From contig CAYOUK010000001.1 of assembly GCA_964407175.1 (NCBI GenBank), positions 1 to 39,731 of the forward strand: a stretch of DNA of 39,731 nucleotides, in the 5' to 3' direction. Source of the stretch: an uncultured Muribaculaceae bacterium. GTDB taxonomy: Bacteria > Bacillota_I > Bacilli_A > RF39 > UBA660. A program made the translations under genes and the position numbers. Shown piece by piece: positions 1-7,829 of the stretch (position 1 is its first letter; each line of letters begins with the position of its first letter). The notes under the pieces are model-generated. The model was not told where the DNA came from, searched no databases, and was given only the letters and a program-made list of their open reading frames with translations.

Positions 1-357
1 AGAATCACTCATACTTTCTGGGCTATCGTTTTACCATGTATATTAATGATATTAGATATTATTACAGGTTATTACAACGCATGGGAAAAAAACGAAGTAT
101 CAAGCAAAAAGATGAGAGATGGTTTAGGCAAAAAACTTGCAGAGCTTATATATATAGTAATAGGTATGTTAATCTCATGTGCCTTTGGTGTTAAAGGTAT
201 AGGGTTCTTCATATCAGGTTATGTAGTATATATGGAGCTTGTAAGCATTGCTGAAAATTGCAAAAAGTTAGGTGTTGAATTACCTAAAGAAGTAGCAGAC
301 AAATTAAATAATGATATAGAAAAGGATGATGGAAATGATATCAATAGAGGTGAATAG
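1..357 (+). CDS. holin (TcdE / phage_holin_4-like), 5'-truncated by the window edge
   Basis: In-frame continuation of the ORF seen complete at 32328..32705. It has three hydrophobic helices and a charged C-terminal tail. One substitution at base 4 gives I instead of F. Confidence 0.75.
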   Translation, partial: RITHTFWAIVLPCILMILDIITGYYNAWEKNEVSSKKMRDGLGKKLAELIYIVIGMLISCAFGVKGIGFFISGYVVYMELVSIAENCKKLGVELPKEVADKLNNDIEKDDGNDINRGE

Positions 358-694
358 GGGTAGTGCTATTACATTGGTTATTAGTGCAACTGTAGGGGAT
401 GAAAATTATACTTTTCAACCTGGAGACGTAGTCAGACTTTCTATAACTGAAAGAAAAAACGAAAACAAAGTGGTTTTAAGAAAAGATGTAGAGGTGAATG
501 AGGAAACTGAAGAGGTAGAAATGCCTTTATTATCAAGCGACACTAAAATTGGAGACATTATAAACAAAGAAGTAGTTTATTGGTTTGAGGTAGAACTTAA
601 CCCAGATACAGAACAATGTCAAACTATTATTGGTTATGATGCAGATGGTGCTAAAGAGTTTATTTTATACCCTGAAAGTGGTGTATCGAATTGA
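335..694 (+). CDS. hypothetical protein (acidic, beta-rich; tail-fibre cluster)
   Basis: The ORF track gives 326..694. ATG 335 has better spacing to AAGGA at 321-325. The stop overlaps the next start (TTGA). No motif recognised. Confidence 0.6.
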   Translation: MISIEVNRGSAITLVISATVGDENYTFQPGDVVRLSITERKNENKVVLRKDVEVNEETEEVEMPLLSSDTKIGDIINKEVVYWFEVELNPDTEQCQTIIGYDADGAKEFILYPESGVSN

Positions 695-1293
695 CAGAAA
701 AAATTGAAATCATAGGTTTTATAAAAGACAAAAATAATATCAAGGGTGCATTGAGTAGTAACCTAAATTACAATAATCTCAAGATCACAAGTGCTTATTA
801 TTTATTTAGAAGTAATGCTAGAAGCGATTCTATGAATGATATTATAGCTTGTTTTAAAGATATAACTAACTGCGACCATGCATTTGAATATAATGACGTG
901 GTTGATGCACCTTTATTTGATACAAGTTCATGCACTACTTTTAATAGTATGTTTAATGGGGCAAGTCATTTAAAATCATTGCCAGAATATGATATGTCTA
1001 ACGCAAAAGATGTGTCAAATTTTTGTAATGCGTGTTATCAATTAGAAAGTGTTCCTGCTTATAATTGGGGAAGTATAACGGACATGAATTGGTACAATTC
1101 TTTTACTGGATGCTCAGCATTAAGTGATGAAAGTCTTAATAATATAATGAAGTCTTTTAGTACTATGTCAAATATAGCAAGCAGTCAAAAAAGATTAATG
1201 TATGCAGGTTTGAGCGAAACTCAAGCAAACAGATGCACAGAATTGCCAAATTGGAGCATTTTAGAAAGCGATGGATGGCGAACAGGTTATTAG
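691..1293 (+). CDS. DUF285 / BspA-like leucine-rich-repeat protein
   Basis: TTG start coupled to the upstream stop. It has repeated units of about 26 aa of the MF-x-gC-x-L type (FNSMFNGASHLKSLPEYDMSNAKDVSNFCNACYQLESVP...SFTGCSALS). Confidence 0.6.
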   Translation: MTEKIEIIGFIKDKNNIKGALSSNLNYNNLKITSAYYLFRSNARSDSMNDIIACFKDITNCDHAFEYNDVVDAPLFDTSSCTTFNSMFNGASHLKSLPEYDMSNAKDVSNFCNACYQLESVPAYNWGSITDMNWYNSFTGCSALSDESLNNIMKSFSTMSNIASSQKRLMYAGLSETQANRCTELPNWSILESDGWRTGY

Positions 1294-1304
1294 AGGTGGT
1301 TTAG

Positions 1305-1589
1305 ATGATTAAAAAGAGAACAAAAATAGTCGGTCATATTAGTGGCGCAGTCGGGCCGAAAGGCGAAAATGGTTTTAGTCCTATAATTACCACCTCTGAA
1401 ACTCAAGATGGTTATAAAATAACTATTACTGATATAGAAGATACTGAAGAAATAGAACTATTCAATGGAAAAGTTAATCATGAAGATTTGAATAATCTAG
1501 ACTTTGAAAGTTCAGGACATACAGGTTTTCAAGAAGAAATGACACCTCTAACAAATTGGGAAATAGAAAGGATGTTTGAAAATGAGTAG
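1305..1589 (+). CDS. hypothetical protein with a short collagen-like G-x-x stretch (GAVGPKGENG)
   Basis: Strong RBS (GAGGTGG). Lies in the fibre cluster. A short Gly-X-Y run is typical of fibre N-termini. Confidence 0.55.
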   Translation: MIKKRTKIVGHISGAVGPKGENGFSPIITTSETQDGYKITITDIEDTEEIELFNGKVNHEDLNNLDFESSGHTGFQEEMTPLTNWEIERMFENE

Positions 1590-2061
1590 TATTAAATATA
1601 CTGATGATAATGGTCTATTATATCTTATTCAAAAGATTAAGACATTATTAGGCAACAAAGTAGATAAAGAAACAGGAAAAGGGCTTTCAACTAATGATTA
1701 TACTAATGCAGATAAAACAATAGTTACAGGAATAGATGGCAGAGTTACAACTCTAGAAAATGCAGGTTATCAAACTGCAGGAGACGTTCAAACACTTATT
1801 AATTCTAGTCTAGCATCAGTTATGACATATAAAGGCACGGTTGCAAATTATAGTGATCTACCTAGTTCTAATGTGGCAGTAGGTGATACTTATAACATAA
1901 CAAATGCTAGTCAGTATAACAATGCAGGAGATAACGCAACGTGGAATGGTACATCTTGGGATGTTTTAGGAAGCAATATAGATTTATCTAGTTATTTACA
2001 AGATAGTGATTTGGTGGCAATTACAAACGCAGAAATAGATACAATGTGGAATGGAAATTAG
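1582..2061 (+). CDS. tail-fibre-like protein
   Basis: The track ORF starts at TTG 1576; ATG 1582 is preferred. It carries the GKGLSTNDYT motif and a C-terminal GDTYNI...WNGTSWDVLG motif, both common in Firmicute phage fibre proteins. Confidence 0.6.
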   Translation: MSSIKYTDDNGLLYLIQKIKTLLGNKVDKETGKGLSTNDYTNADKTIVTGIDGRVTTLENAGYQTAGDVQTLINSSLASVMTYKGTVANYSDLPSSNVAVGDTYNITNASQYNNAGDNATWNGTSWDVLGSNIDLSSYLQDSDLVAITNAEIDTMWNGN

Positions 2062-2070
2062 GTGGTTTAA

Positions 2071-3204
2071 ATGAAATATTTAAACGGCACAGGAACGGAA
2101 CATCTAATTGATAAGATTAAAGATGATTTAGAGCTAAAGTATGATAAGACAGGTGGAGAAATATCAGGCAACGTCAAGATAGATGGAACACTAACACTAG
2201 ACATAGAAGATGAAGATTATGATAGTGGAATCACTTTTGATAAATCTTTAGACACTAATGTTGGAACAATATTATCTTTGAATGGTTATGCTAATAGTTC
2301 AGAGACTACTAATTATAGACCAATAATAAGAAATGTTGGAACACCAAATCAAAATTATGATGTAGCAAACAAAAAGTATGTAGATGATAATGTTATAGTT
2401 CCTAATTATTATCTAACATTATTAAATGCAGATGGCACGATAGATACAACATCTTCAACATTAAACTATAATACTGTGATTTCTAACTTAACAAATAGAA
2501 GTAAAGCTGATTACTTGGACATTATATGGGGAACAACTAGATTTTATGCAAAATGTATTGAAGTAACGGATGTAAACACAGGAGATTTAAAGTTTATAGG
2601 TGAAGTAGAATATCAAGGAATACAAAGATATATGGTGTTTACTTTAACACCTAACAACGTATTGACTACTACTAATATCATAACTTTTGAGACAATAAGC
2701 GATAAGGTTCAGAGTGTAGTTGCAAATAGTACAAGCCAAGCAAAATACCCTAGCGCAAAAGCAGTCTTTGATGAATTTCAAAGAAAACCAGTAGTTGTAT
2801 GGGAAAGCAGTACGCCAAGCGAATATTTAAAAGGAATACAAGCAAATATGTCAGCAAGCCCAGCATGGCAACTAACAGATTTAGATTTGACACCATTTAA
2901 AAGGATTAAAATCTATACTTGTGCTGGTAAGGGTTCAACCAATGCCAGTACAACGCCAGCAATAATTTTGGAAATGTCTTTAGATAGTAGAGCAGTATCA
3001 ACTGCATGGGGGAATAACTATGTTGCGTCTACTGTTATACAAAAATCAAATGACAACAACAGACTTGCGACATTAACATGTGCTGTATCAGCAGACAAGA
3101 CAAGTTTTGTTGTATTATGGCAAACAAGCCTTTATGGTACTGCTGCAACTTCAAACAACGATGTAAACGCAAACGTATTTATGATAGAGGGTTATTATGA
3201 TTAG
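2071..3204 (+). CDS. tail fibre / receptor-binding protein
   Basis: 377 aa with a strong RBS. The N-terminal VANKKYVDD fibre-anchor motif is followed by an S/T/N-rich beta region. Confidence 0.6.
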   Translation: MKYLNGTGTEHLIDKIKDDLELKYDKTGGEISGNVKIDGTLTLDIEDEDYDSGITFDKSLDTNVGTILSLNGYANSSETTNYRPIIRNVGTPNQNYDVANKKYVDDNVIVPNYYLTLLNADGTIDTTSSTLNYNTVISNLTNRSKADYLDIIWGTTRFYAKCIEVTDVNTGDLKFIGEVEYQGIQRYMVFTLTPNNVLTTTNIITFETISDKVQSVVANSTSQAKYPSAKAVFDEFQRKPVVVWESSTPSEYLKGIQANMSASPAWQLTDLDLTPFKRIKIYTCAGKGSTNASTTPAIILEMSLDSRAVSTAWGNNYVASTVIQKSNDNNRLATLTCAVSADKTSFVVLWQTSLYGTAATSNNDVNANVFMIEGYYD

Positions 3205-3213
3205 GAGGTATTT

Positions 3214-3849
3214 ATGTTAAGTATTAGAGAAAGACAAACATATTTAAAATATTTAGGGCTTTATAAAGATGATAAAGGCAATGACGCTAAAATAGATGGC
3301 ATTGAGGGGCGTTTTACTAAAAGAGGTTATAAGTTAATACAAGATAAGTATTTTACAAGAAAATCAAATGGTAAATATATCGATAGAGATGGCAAATATG
3401 GCAGGAATACTGATATGCTTTTAGTTAATGCCTATAATGTTAAGAAATATACAAAGAATTTTAGTTTGAGTGAGTTCAAATGTGGATGTAACACAAAATA
3501 TTGCACGGGTTACCCTGCATATTTGAATATCAACCTTTTAAGGAATTTACAAACTATGAGAAATAACTATGGTGCTATCACTATTACAAGCCCATTAAGA
3601 TGTAGTAAACATAATGCTAATATCGGTGGTGTAGCAGGTTCATATCATACAAAAGGAAAAGCACTAGACTTATATAATGTTAGATTTAGTTCTAGTTTCA
3701 CAAACAGGAAATATGCTATCGAAAAATGGTTATTATTACCAAAAGCAAATATGGCATATCAAAATGGTTATATGCATTATAAGGGAAAGAGTGTAACTGG
3801 TTATAATGCTCCTAAAATGGGTAATGTTATACACGTACAGGTAGATTAA
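3214..3849 (+). CDS. endolysin: PG_binding_1-like N-terminus plus peptidase M15A (zinc D-Ala-D-Ala carboxypeptidase-like) domain
   Basis: RERQTYLKYLGLY...IDGIEG resembles a peptidoglycan-binding domain. FSLSEFKC...GSYHTKGKALDL...HVQVD fits the H-x6-D...H metal site of M15A. Confidence 0.8.
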   Translation: MLSIRERQTYLKYLGLYKDDKGNDAKIDGIEGRFTKRGYKLIQDKYFTRKSNGKYIDRDGKYGRNTDMLLVNAYNVKKYTKNFSLSEFKCGCNTKYCTGYPAYLNINLLRNLQTMRNNYGAITITSPLRCSKHNANIGGVAGSYHTKGKALDLYNVRFSSSFTNRKYAIEKWLLLPKANMAYQNGYMHYKGKSVTGYNAPKMGNVIHVQVD

Positions 3850-4253
3850 TGGATCAAACCACCAAAGAATTAATATTCATCTATAAACCAAAAGGTATAG
3901 ACTGGATGAATTTCAAAATAACAAAAGAAAACCCTATGACATATCACCAGATAGAAAAAAGAGAACACGGTGGCAAAAAGACAGTAGATAATGGGGCGAT
4001 TCTAACTAGGAATAGTCATCAGTATTTACATCTTATTGAAAGCAAAGAAGATAAGTTATATTTTGCTATTAATCAGTTATTAAAATTAATCAATAAACAA
4101 AAAACTGCTCCAACACAGGAGCAAAGAGAAATGATGGACTTTTTATTAGATGAATTCTTTAAAGCCCACGAGCACGATAAGAACGCAAAAGGTAAGCCTT
4201 TAATAAAAGATAAGTATATTTTAAGAGGCGAACCATTGACAATGAGATATTAA
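3849..4253 (+). CDS. HNH-like protein (Cys-less H-N-H pattern)
   Basis: YHQIEKREHGGKKTVDNGAILTRNSHQYLH fits H..GG..N..L..H...H spacing. The start overlaps the endolysin stop (TAATG). Confidence 0.4.
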   Translation: MDQTTKELIFIYKPKGIDWMNFKITKENPMTYHQIEKREHGGKKTVDNGAILTRNSHQYLHLIESKEDKLYFAINQLLKLINKQKTAPTQEQREMMDFLLDEFFKAHEHDKNAKGKPLIKDKYILRGEPLTMRY

Positions 4254-4270
4254 TTTGCTATACTTTATAT

Positions 4271-4306
4271 GGTGTGAAAATTCAATGTTTTTCTCATTTT
4301 TACACC
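4271..4306 (+). terminator. hairpin downstream of the HNH-like gene
   Basis: ggtgtgaaaat / atttttacacc forms an 11-bp stem with one G-U pair, followed by a T-rich tract. Confidence 0.4.
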
Positions 4307-4347
4307 TAGTATTTTTCTAATATTTTTTTAGAAAACAAAATAACTCG

Positions 4348-4374
4348 TAGATGCCTATAAGGCATCTATTTTTT
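4348..4374. terminator. bidirectional rho-independent terminator between convergent genes
   Basis: tagatgcc-tataa-ggcatcta is an 8-bp stem with TTTTTT downstream on the + strand and a T-rich tract on the - strand. It overlaps the stop of the minus-strand HNH gene. Confidence 0.6.
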
Positions 4375-4683
4375 GTATCTTTGATTTTCTATAGACCATC
4401 CAGGGTATTTGCTTTTCATATAACCCGTGATTATCTCGAGTATTTCATCATGCTCTTTTTTAGTTCCAAAATCAAAACGCCTATGACACTTTAAAGGACT
4501 TAATTCAGTGCATAGAGTTACAATGTTAGTTTCTATGCCTAGACCACCATGAGCCCTTGATAGAATATGAGCGTTAGGCATTGCTTGGTAACTACCACAT
4601 ACCACACACCTATGTTTATCTCTTTCCCATACTTTACTTTTAACACTTTCAGATATGTCAAGTGCATTAGTTCTATTTGACAT
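4366..4683 (-). CDS. HNH endonuclease (small, stand-alone)
   Basis: CVVCGS...NAHILSRAHGGLGIETNIVTLC...CHRRFD is a classic CxxC / H-N-H / C..H zinc-finger nuclease motif. It has a GGAGG RBS and a possible own promoter (TTCACA-17-TAGTAT, 4742..4714). Confidence 0.75.
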   Translation of the reverse strand: MSNRTNALDISESVKSKVWERDKHRCVVCGSYQAMPNAHILSRAHGGLGIETNIVTLCTELSPLKCHRRFDFGTKKEHDEILEIITGYMKSKYPGWSIENQRYKK

Positions 4684-4907
4684 TTTCTATACCTCCAATT
4701 TTATACAATGGTTATACTATGATATTTTGATAATTATGTGAATTATTTGAATAGAATACTAGGAATTTACTAGCATATAAACTTATGATAATAAAAATAA
4801 AATACCGTACGGGTCACCAAATTGTATTCTAGAAGCCTTTATTTTAGGGGCTTCTTTAATTTTATACAATGATTTATACAATGAGATGACAACTCAAAAG
4901 AAAATTT
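4684..4907. other. attP-like / prophage junction region
   Basis: Non-coding tract next to int. It holds three exact TTATACAATG copies (4701, 4862, 4874), the palindrome CCGTACGG (4805..4812) and a hairpin agaagcc/ggcttct (4831..4855). Confidence 0.5.
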
Positions 4908-6032
4908 TTAATAAAAATCATCAGTAATGTTTGACACTTTTTTTCTAGAGTTAGTTGACACATTGCCATACACATCAATAGTAGTAGATATTTTAGAGTG
5001 CCCCATTGATTTCTCTAACACATACATATCAATGCCCTGTTCCATCATTAGAGTAGCAAAGGTGTGTCTTAAATCATACATTCTTATTTTTGGTACTCCT
5101 GCAAGTTCAATATAATGGTTGAAATGTTTTCTTAATGATACATCACTTATTTGTTTACCAGTTGATACACTTAACAATAAAGGTGTATCTTTTTTTATTT
5201 GGACGCCTATATTATTAGTTAAGAATTTTTTATATTCAAAAATCTCATTTAGGTATTTATCAGTTACAAATATATCTCTTTGTGCCATGGTGTTTTTTGA
5301 ATTGCCTTTTAATCGGTTCAAAGATGTGTCATATTCAATAGAATTTCTAATAGTGATGATTTTCTTGTTAAAGTCTATGTCGTTGAATGTGAGGGCTCGT
5401 AGTTCCCCTAGACGACATCCGAGTGATAACATTGATATAGTTAGTATCTTTATAAGTCTTGCTGATGGATCATTCAAGTTATTATTGAGCGTTTTAATGA
5501 ATCTATTTATATCATCTTGTAACCAATAATTAAGAATAGGTTTAGTGGTTTTTTCTTTAGTTATATAAAGAGCAGGTGATATGTCTAGATATTCATTTTT
5601 ACAACACCACGTGAAAAAGGCTTTTAACATCTTTAAAAGTTCGTTTTTTTCTTTAGTGGTTCTATTAATCGAGTTAAAAAATAAGATTAAGTCATTTTTA
5701 GATATTTGATTAATCTTATATTTTGAAAGTCTATGATATTCTATATTATAAAACATTTTCTTTTTCTTTAGAGTGTTATATGCCATTTTGTAAACGTGTT
5801 CGCACTCGTAAAGGTATTTATTATATAATTCTTCAAAAGATATATTAGATTTGTTTAATTGCTTGTTTGTGTAGCTATCTCTAACTTTTAAAGCAATATC
5901 AATAGAATATATCTTGTCGCCATTAAAACGTGATATGGTGCTATTAATCTTTGATATAGTGATTATATAATTCTTGTTTTTCTCGTGTTTATAGATATTC
6001 TGATAACGTGTTTTTTTGTAGTATTTTTCCAT
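4908..6032 (-). CDS. int: tyrosine recombinase / phage integrase
   Basis: 374 aa. The catalytic context is LGCRLGELRAL, YDLRHTFATLMM, MGHSKISTTIDVY. It sits at the prophage end beside the repressor. Confidence 0.9.
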   Translation of the reverse strand: MEKYYKKTRYQNIYKHEKNKNYIITISKINSTISRFNGDKIYSIDIALKVRDSYTNKQLNKSNISFEELYNKYLYECEHVYKMAYNTLKKKKMFYNIEYHRLSKYKINQISKNDLILFFNSINRTTKEKNELLKMLKAFFTWCCKNEYLDISPALYITKEKTTKPILNYWLQDDINRFIKTLNNNLNDPSARLIKILTISMLSLGCRLGELRALTFNDIDFNKKIITIRNSIEYDTSLNRLKGNSKNTMAQRDIFVTDKYLNEIFEYKKFLTNNIGVQIKKDTPLLLSVSTGKQISDVSLRKHFNHYIELAGVPKIRMYDLRHTFATLMMEQGIDMYVLEKSMGHSKISTTIDVYGNVSTNSRKKVSNITDDFY

Positions 6033-6059
6033 GGTGTTTTTCTCTTTTCTATTTTTTGA

Positions 6060-6299
6060 TTATTTTTGATATTTTTCCATTTGAGATATATCTTTTGTAA
6101 TAATATCATCCATAGAAATGTTTAAAAAGTTGCATATCAAATAAACATCTTTTACTATTGGTTGTCTTTCGCCTGTTTTCCATCTTTGAACTAGTGTTCT
6201 GTCTTTTTTTATCAAAGCACATAATGTTTTAATAGAGATCCTTTTTGTATTGATTAACCACTCTATATTTTTGGCAAATATTTTTTCATCATAATTCAT
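6060..6299 (-). CDS. XRE-family HTH repressor (CI-like, no peptidase domain)
   Basis: 79 aa with HTH ISIKTLCALIKKDRTLVQRWKTGERQP. It is transcribed divergently from the cro-like gene. Confidence 0.7.
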   Translation of the reverse strand: MNYDEKIFAKNIEWLINTKRISIKTLCALIKKDRTLVQRWKTGERQPIVKDVYLICNFLNISMDDIITKDISQMEKYQK

Positions 6300-6327
6300 T
6301 TATAAAACTCCTTTTTTTAACCCATAA

Positions 6328-6433
6328 GTTGTATTGTGATTTAATTATACAACACATTTTTTTGTAAAGCAAACACCAAAAATGTAAAAATAATATAAAA
6401 ATTGTTGACTTTAAGTCACAGACGTGATAATAT
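6328..6433. promoter_or_regulatory. divergent switch promoters with operator-like repeats
   Basis: Minus strand: TTGCTT (6372..6367), 17-nt spacer, TATAAT (6349..6344). Plus strand: TTGACT (6405..6410), 17-nt spacer, TG-n-TAATAT (6428..6433). The inverted repeat GTTGTAT/ATACAAC (6328..6353) overlaps the leftward -10. AAGTCACAGA (6413..6422) lies in the rightward spacer. Confidence 0.6.
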
Positions 6434-6457
6434 TAAATTACAAGAAGGGAGGAAGCT

Positions 6458-6664
6458 ATGGACAATCTAACAGTTTCAAGAAACATCAAAGCACAAAGAA
6501 TCATCAGAGGCTTATATCAATTAGATGTAGCAAAAATGTTAGGAATTAGCAAACAAACGTATATAAGAATAGAAACAAAGCCTTTTGAAATGCCAGTATG
6601 GAAATTAAAAAGGGTCGCAGATGTGTTAGGATGTAAATTAGATGACTTTTTTGTAGTACATTAA
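6458..6664 (+). CDS. Cro-like XRE-family HTH protein
   Basis: 68 aa with HTH LYQLDVAKMLGISKQTYIRIE and a strong RBS. It is the first rightward gene. Confidence 0.7.
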   Translation: MDNLTVSRNIKAQRIIRGLYQLDVAKMLGISKQTYIRIETKPFEMPVWKLKRVADVLGCKLDDFFVVH

Positions 6665-6729
6665 GTTCCTTATAGTCACATATTTTTTTGGAACGCGATG
6701 TGCCTAAAAGTCACAGAAAAGAGGTTTAA

Positions 6730-6903
6730 ATGTATAGCAAAGAAGATATATCAAACATACTAAATTGTAGTATTAGCAAAGCATACAACATCTTAAAAAA
6801 ATTACAAGAGATGTTAAAACAGGAACAACCTGAAATATTAATAATCAGAGGTAGAATACCGAAGAGTTATTTTGAAAAAAAAGTATTAGGAAAAGAGGTG
6901 TAA
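6730..6903 (+). CDS. small HTH protein, excisionase / DUF3173-like
   Basis: 57 aa and not in the ORF track. RBS is AGAGG. ISNILNCSISKAYNILKKL...RGRIPKSYFEKKVLG resembles Xis-like proteins of Firmicute mobile elements. Confidence 0.45.
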   Translation: MYSKEDISNILNCSISKAYNILKKLQEMLKQEQPEILIIRGRIPKSYFEKKVLGKEV

Positions 6904-6905
6904 TA

Positions 6906-7064
6906 ATGAGAAAAGTATTGAATATTGGTTTACTAATTTATGCAGTATTAGCATTTGGAGCAATGTTTACAAGAGATGCAGGAATATTCAGTAATGTAAT
7001 GACTTGGATGGTTCAAGTAGGACTTGCTTTCAGTTTAAAAGAATTAGTACTTATGGAGGGTTAA
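6906..7064 (+). CDS. small membrane protein (52 aa)
   Basis: Not in the ORF track. RBS is AGAGGTG. It has two hydrophobic segments. The repeat identity block ends inside this gene at 6933. Confidence 0.5.
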   Translation: MRKVLNIGLLIYAVLAFGAMFTRDAGIFSNVMTWMVQVGLAFSLKELVLMEG

Positions 7065-7067
7065 TAT

Positions 7068-7544
7068 ATGGAAAATGGTTATGCACTAGCTCTTAACAAA
7101 TGGGCTTTAGATAAAAGTATAAAAAATGAGGTTGGTTTATTGATAATCTTATCAAGTTTAAGCGCAGAGAAAGGTTATTGCTATGCAAGTAACCAATATC
7201 TAGCAAATGTATTTGGAACTCACGAAAAAACCATATCAAGAAAACTAGGAAAATTAGAAGAAAAAAAATATCTAAAGATCCATTATGAAAAAAAGGGCTT
7301 TGAGATAACAAGAAGAGAGATTCGAGTAACAAATTTGTTACCCGTCCAGTTACAAAAATGTTACCCGTCCAGTAACAAAAATGTTACCTATAAAAATACA
7401 AGTATTAAAAATACAAGTAATAAAAATATAAATAATATATTACCTGAATGGTTTGATAAAAAAATTATAAGCGAAAAGTTAAGCAATGAAGAAAAAAAAG
7501 AAATGGAAATGTTATTAAAGGAGTTTAAGAGTGAAAAAAGTTGA
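7068..7544 (+). CDS. replication initiator, HTH (HTH_36 / DnaD-N-like), allele A
   Basis: WALDKSIKNEVGLL...EKGYCYASNQYLANVFGTHEKTISRKLGKLEEKKYL is typical of phage and plasmid initiators. Iterons are embedded in its 3' half. Confidence 0.6.
   Translation: MENGYALALNKWALDKSIKNEVGLLIILSSLSAEKGYCYASNQYLANVFGTHEKTISRKLGKLEEKKYLKIHYEKKGFEITRREIRVTNLLPVQLQKCYPSSNKNVTYKNTSIKNTSNKNINNILPEWFDKKIISEKLSNEEKKEMEMLLKEFKSEKS
7337..7419 (+). repeat. iterons (putative ori) inside the initiator gene
   Basis: GTTACCCGTCCAGT occurs at 7337 and 7360, with GTTACC at 7383 (23-bp period). AAAAATACAAGTA follows at 7392 and 7407 (15-bp period). Confidence 0.65.
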
Positions 7545-7827
7545 ATCTATTGTTAAGGAATTATTAGAGTATTACCCTGCAACTAGAGAAGATGACTTTT
7601 ATCTAGTTGGTAGTGTGTATTACATGATAAAGCCTGAAATAAAGACAAAGACATTTTTAGACATAATGAAAAAACATAAAGAGTATGGTTTACCTAGTTT
7701 TGAAAGTATAACAAGAGCTAGGAGAAAAGTACAAGCAGAAAATGATGATTTGGTTAGTAACAAAGCAAAAAGAATTAGAGAAAAAGAAGAAAGAGAATAT
7801 TTTGAATATTATAAAGGAGTGATTTAA
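7531..7827 (+). CDS. hypothetical early protein
   Basis: GTG start after AAGGAG. 98 aa, no motif recognised. Confidence 0.6.
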   Translation: MKKVESIVKELLEYYPATREDDFYLVGSVYYMIKPEIKTKTFLDIMKKHKEYGLPSFESITRARRKVQAENDDLVSNKAKRIREKEEREYFEYYKGVI

Positions 7828-7829
7828 GA

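Larger units (their letters stand above)
5..6932. repeat. left copy of a 6,928-bp apparently perfect direct repeat (partner 32353..39280, offset 32,348)
   Basis: All 14 tracked ORF translations are identical between copies, and the intergenic stretches I compared by eye are identical. Base 4 (a) differs from 32352 (t), and the next mismatch is 6933 (c) vs 39281 (t). Confidence 0.85.

Noticed and set aside
1538-1558. atgacacctc matching the loop of the duplicated hairpin motif
   Set aside because: Only 10 nt match. It lies inside a coding region, has no flanking stem arms, and the similarity stops immediately.
4801-4820. ccgtacgggtcacca as the 3' end of a tRNA gene at the att core
   Set aside because: No T-arm (GTTCRANYC) or acceptor complement lies upstream. 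I could not build a cloverleaf here or anywhere else in the window.
4927-5529. Plus-strand ORFs 4927..5115 and 5119..5529 (and copies at 37275..37877) inside the integrase gene
   Set aside because: These are shadow ORFs antisense to a confidently identified integrase, with no RBS and low-complexity hydrophobic translations. The same reasoning applies to 7093..7332, 8588..8854, 9342..9581, 11364..11693, 11809..12024, 12242..12484, 13347..13619, 13528..13752, 14879..15088, 17844..18140, 20092..20313, 21662..21925, 22771..22959, 24532..24738 and 39527..39724.
7337-7419. Short direct repeats as a possible CRISPR array
   Set aside because: There are only 2-3 units with 15-23 bp periods and no spacers of CRISPR size. 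They lie inside a coding region, and no cas genes are present. This fits replication iterons.
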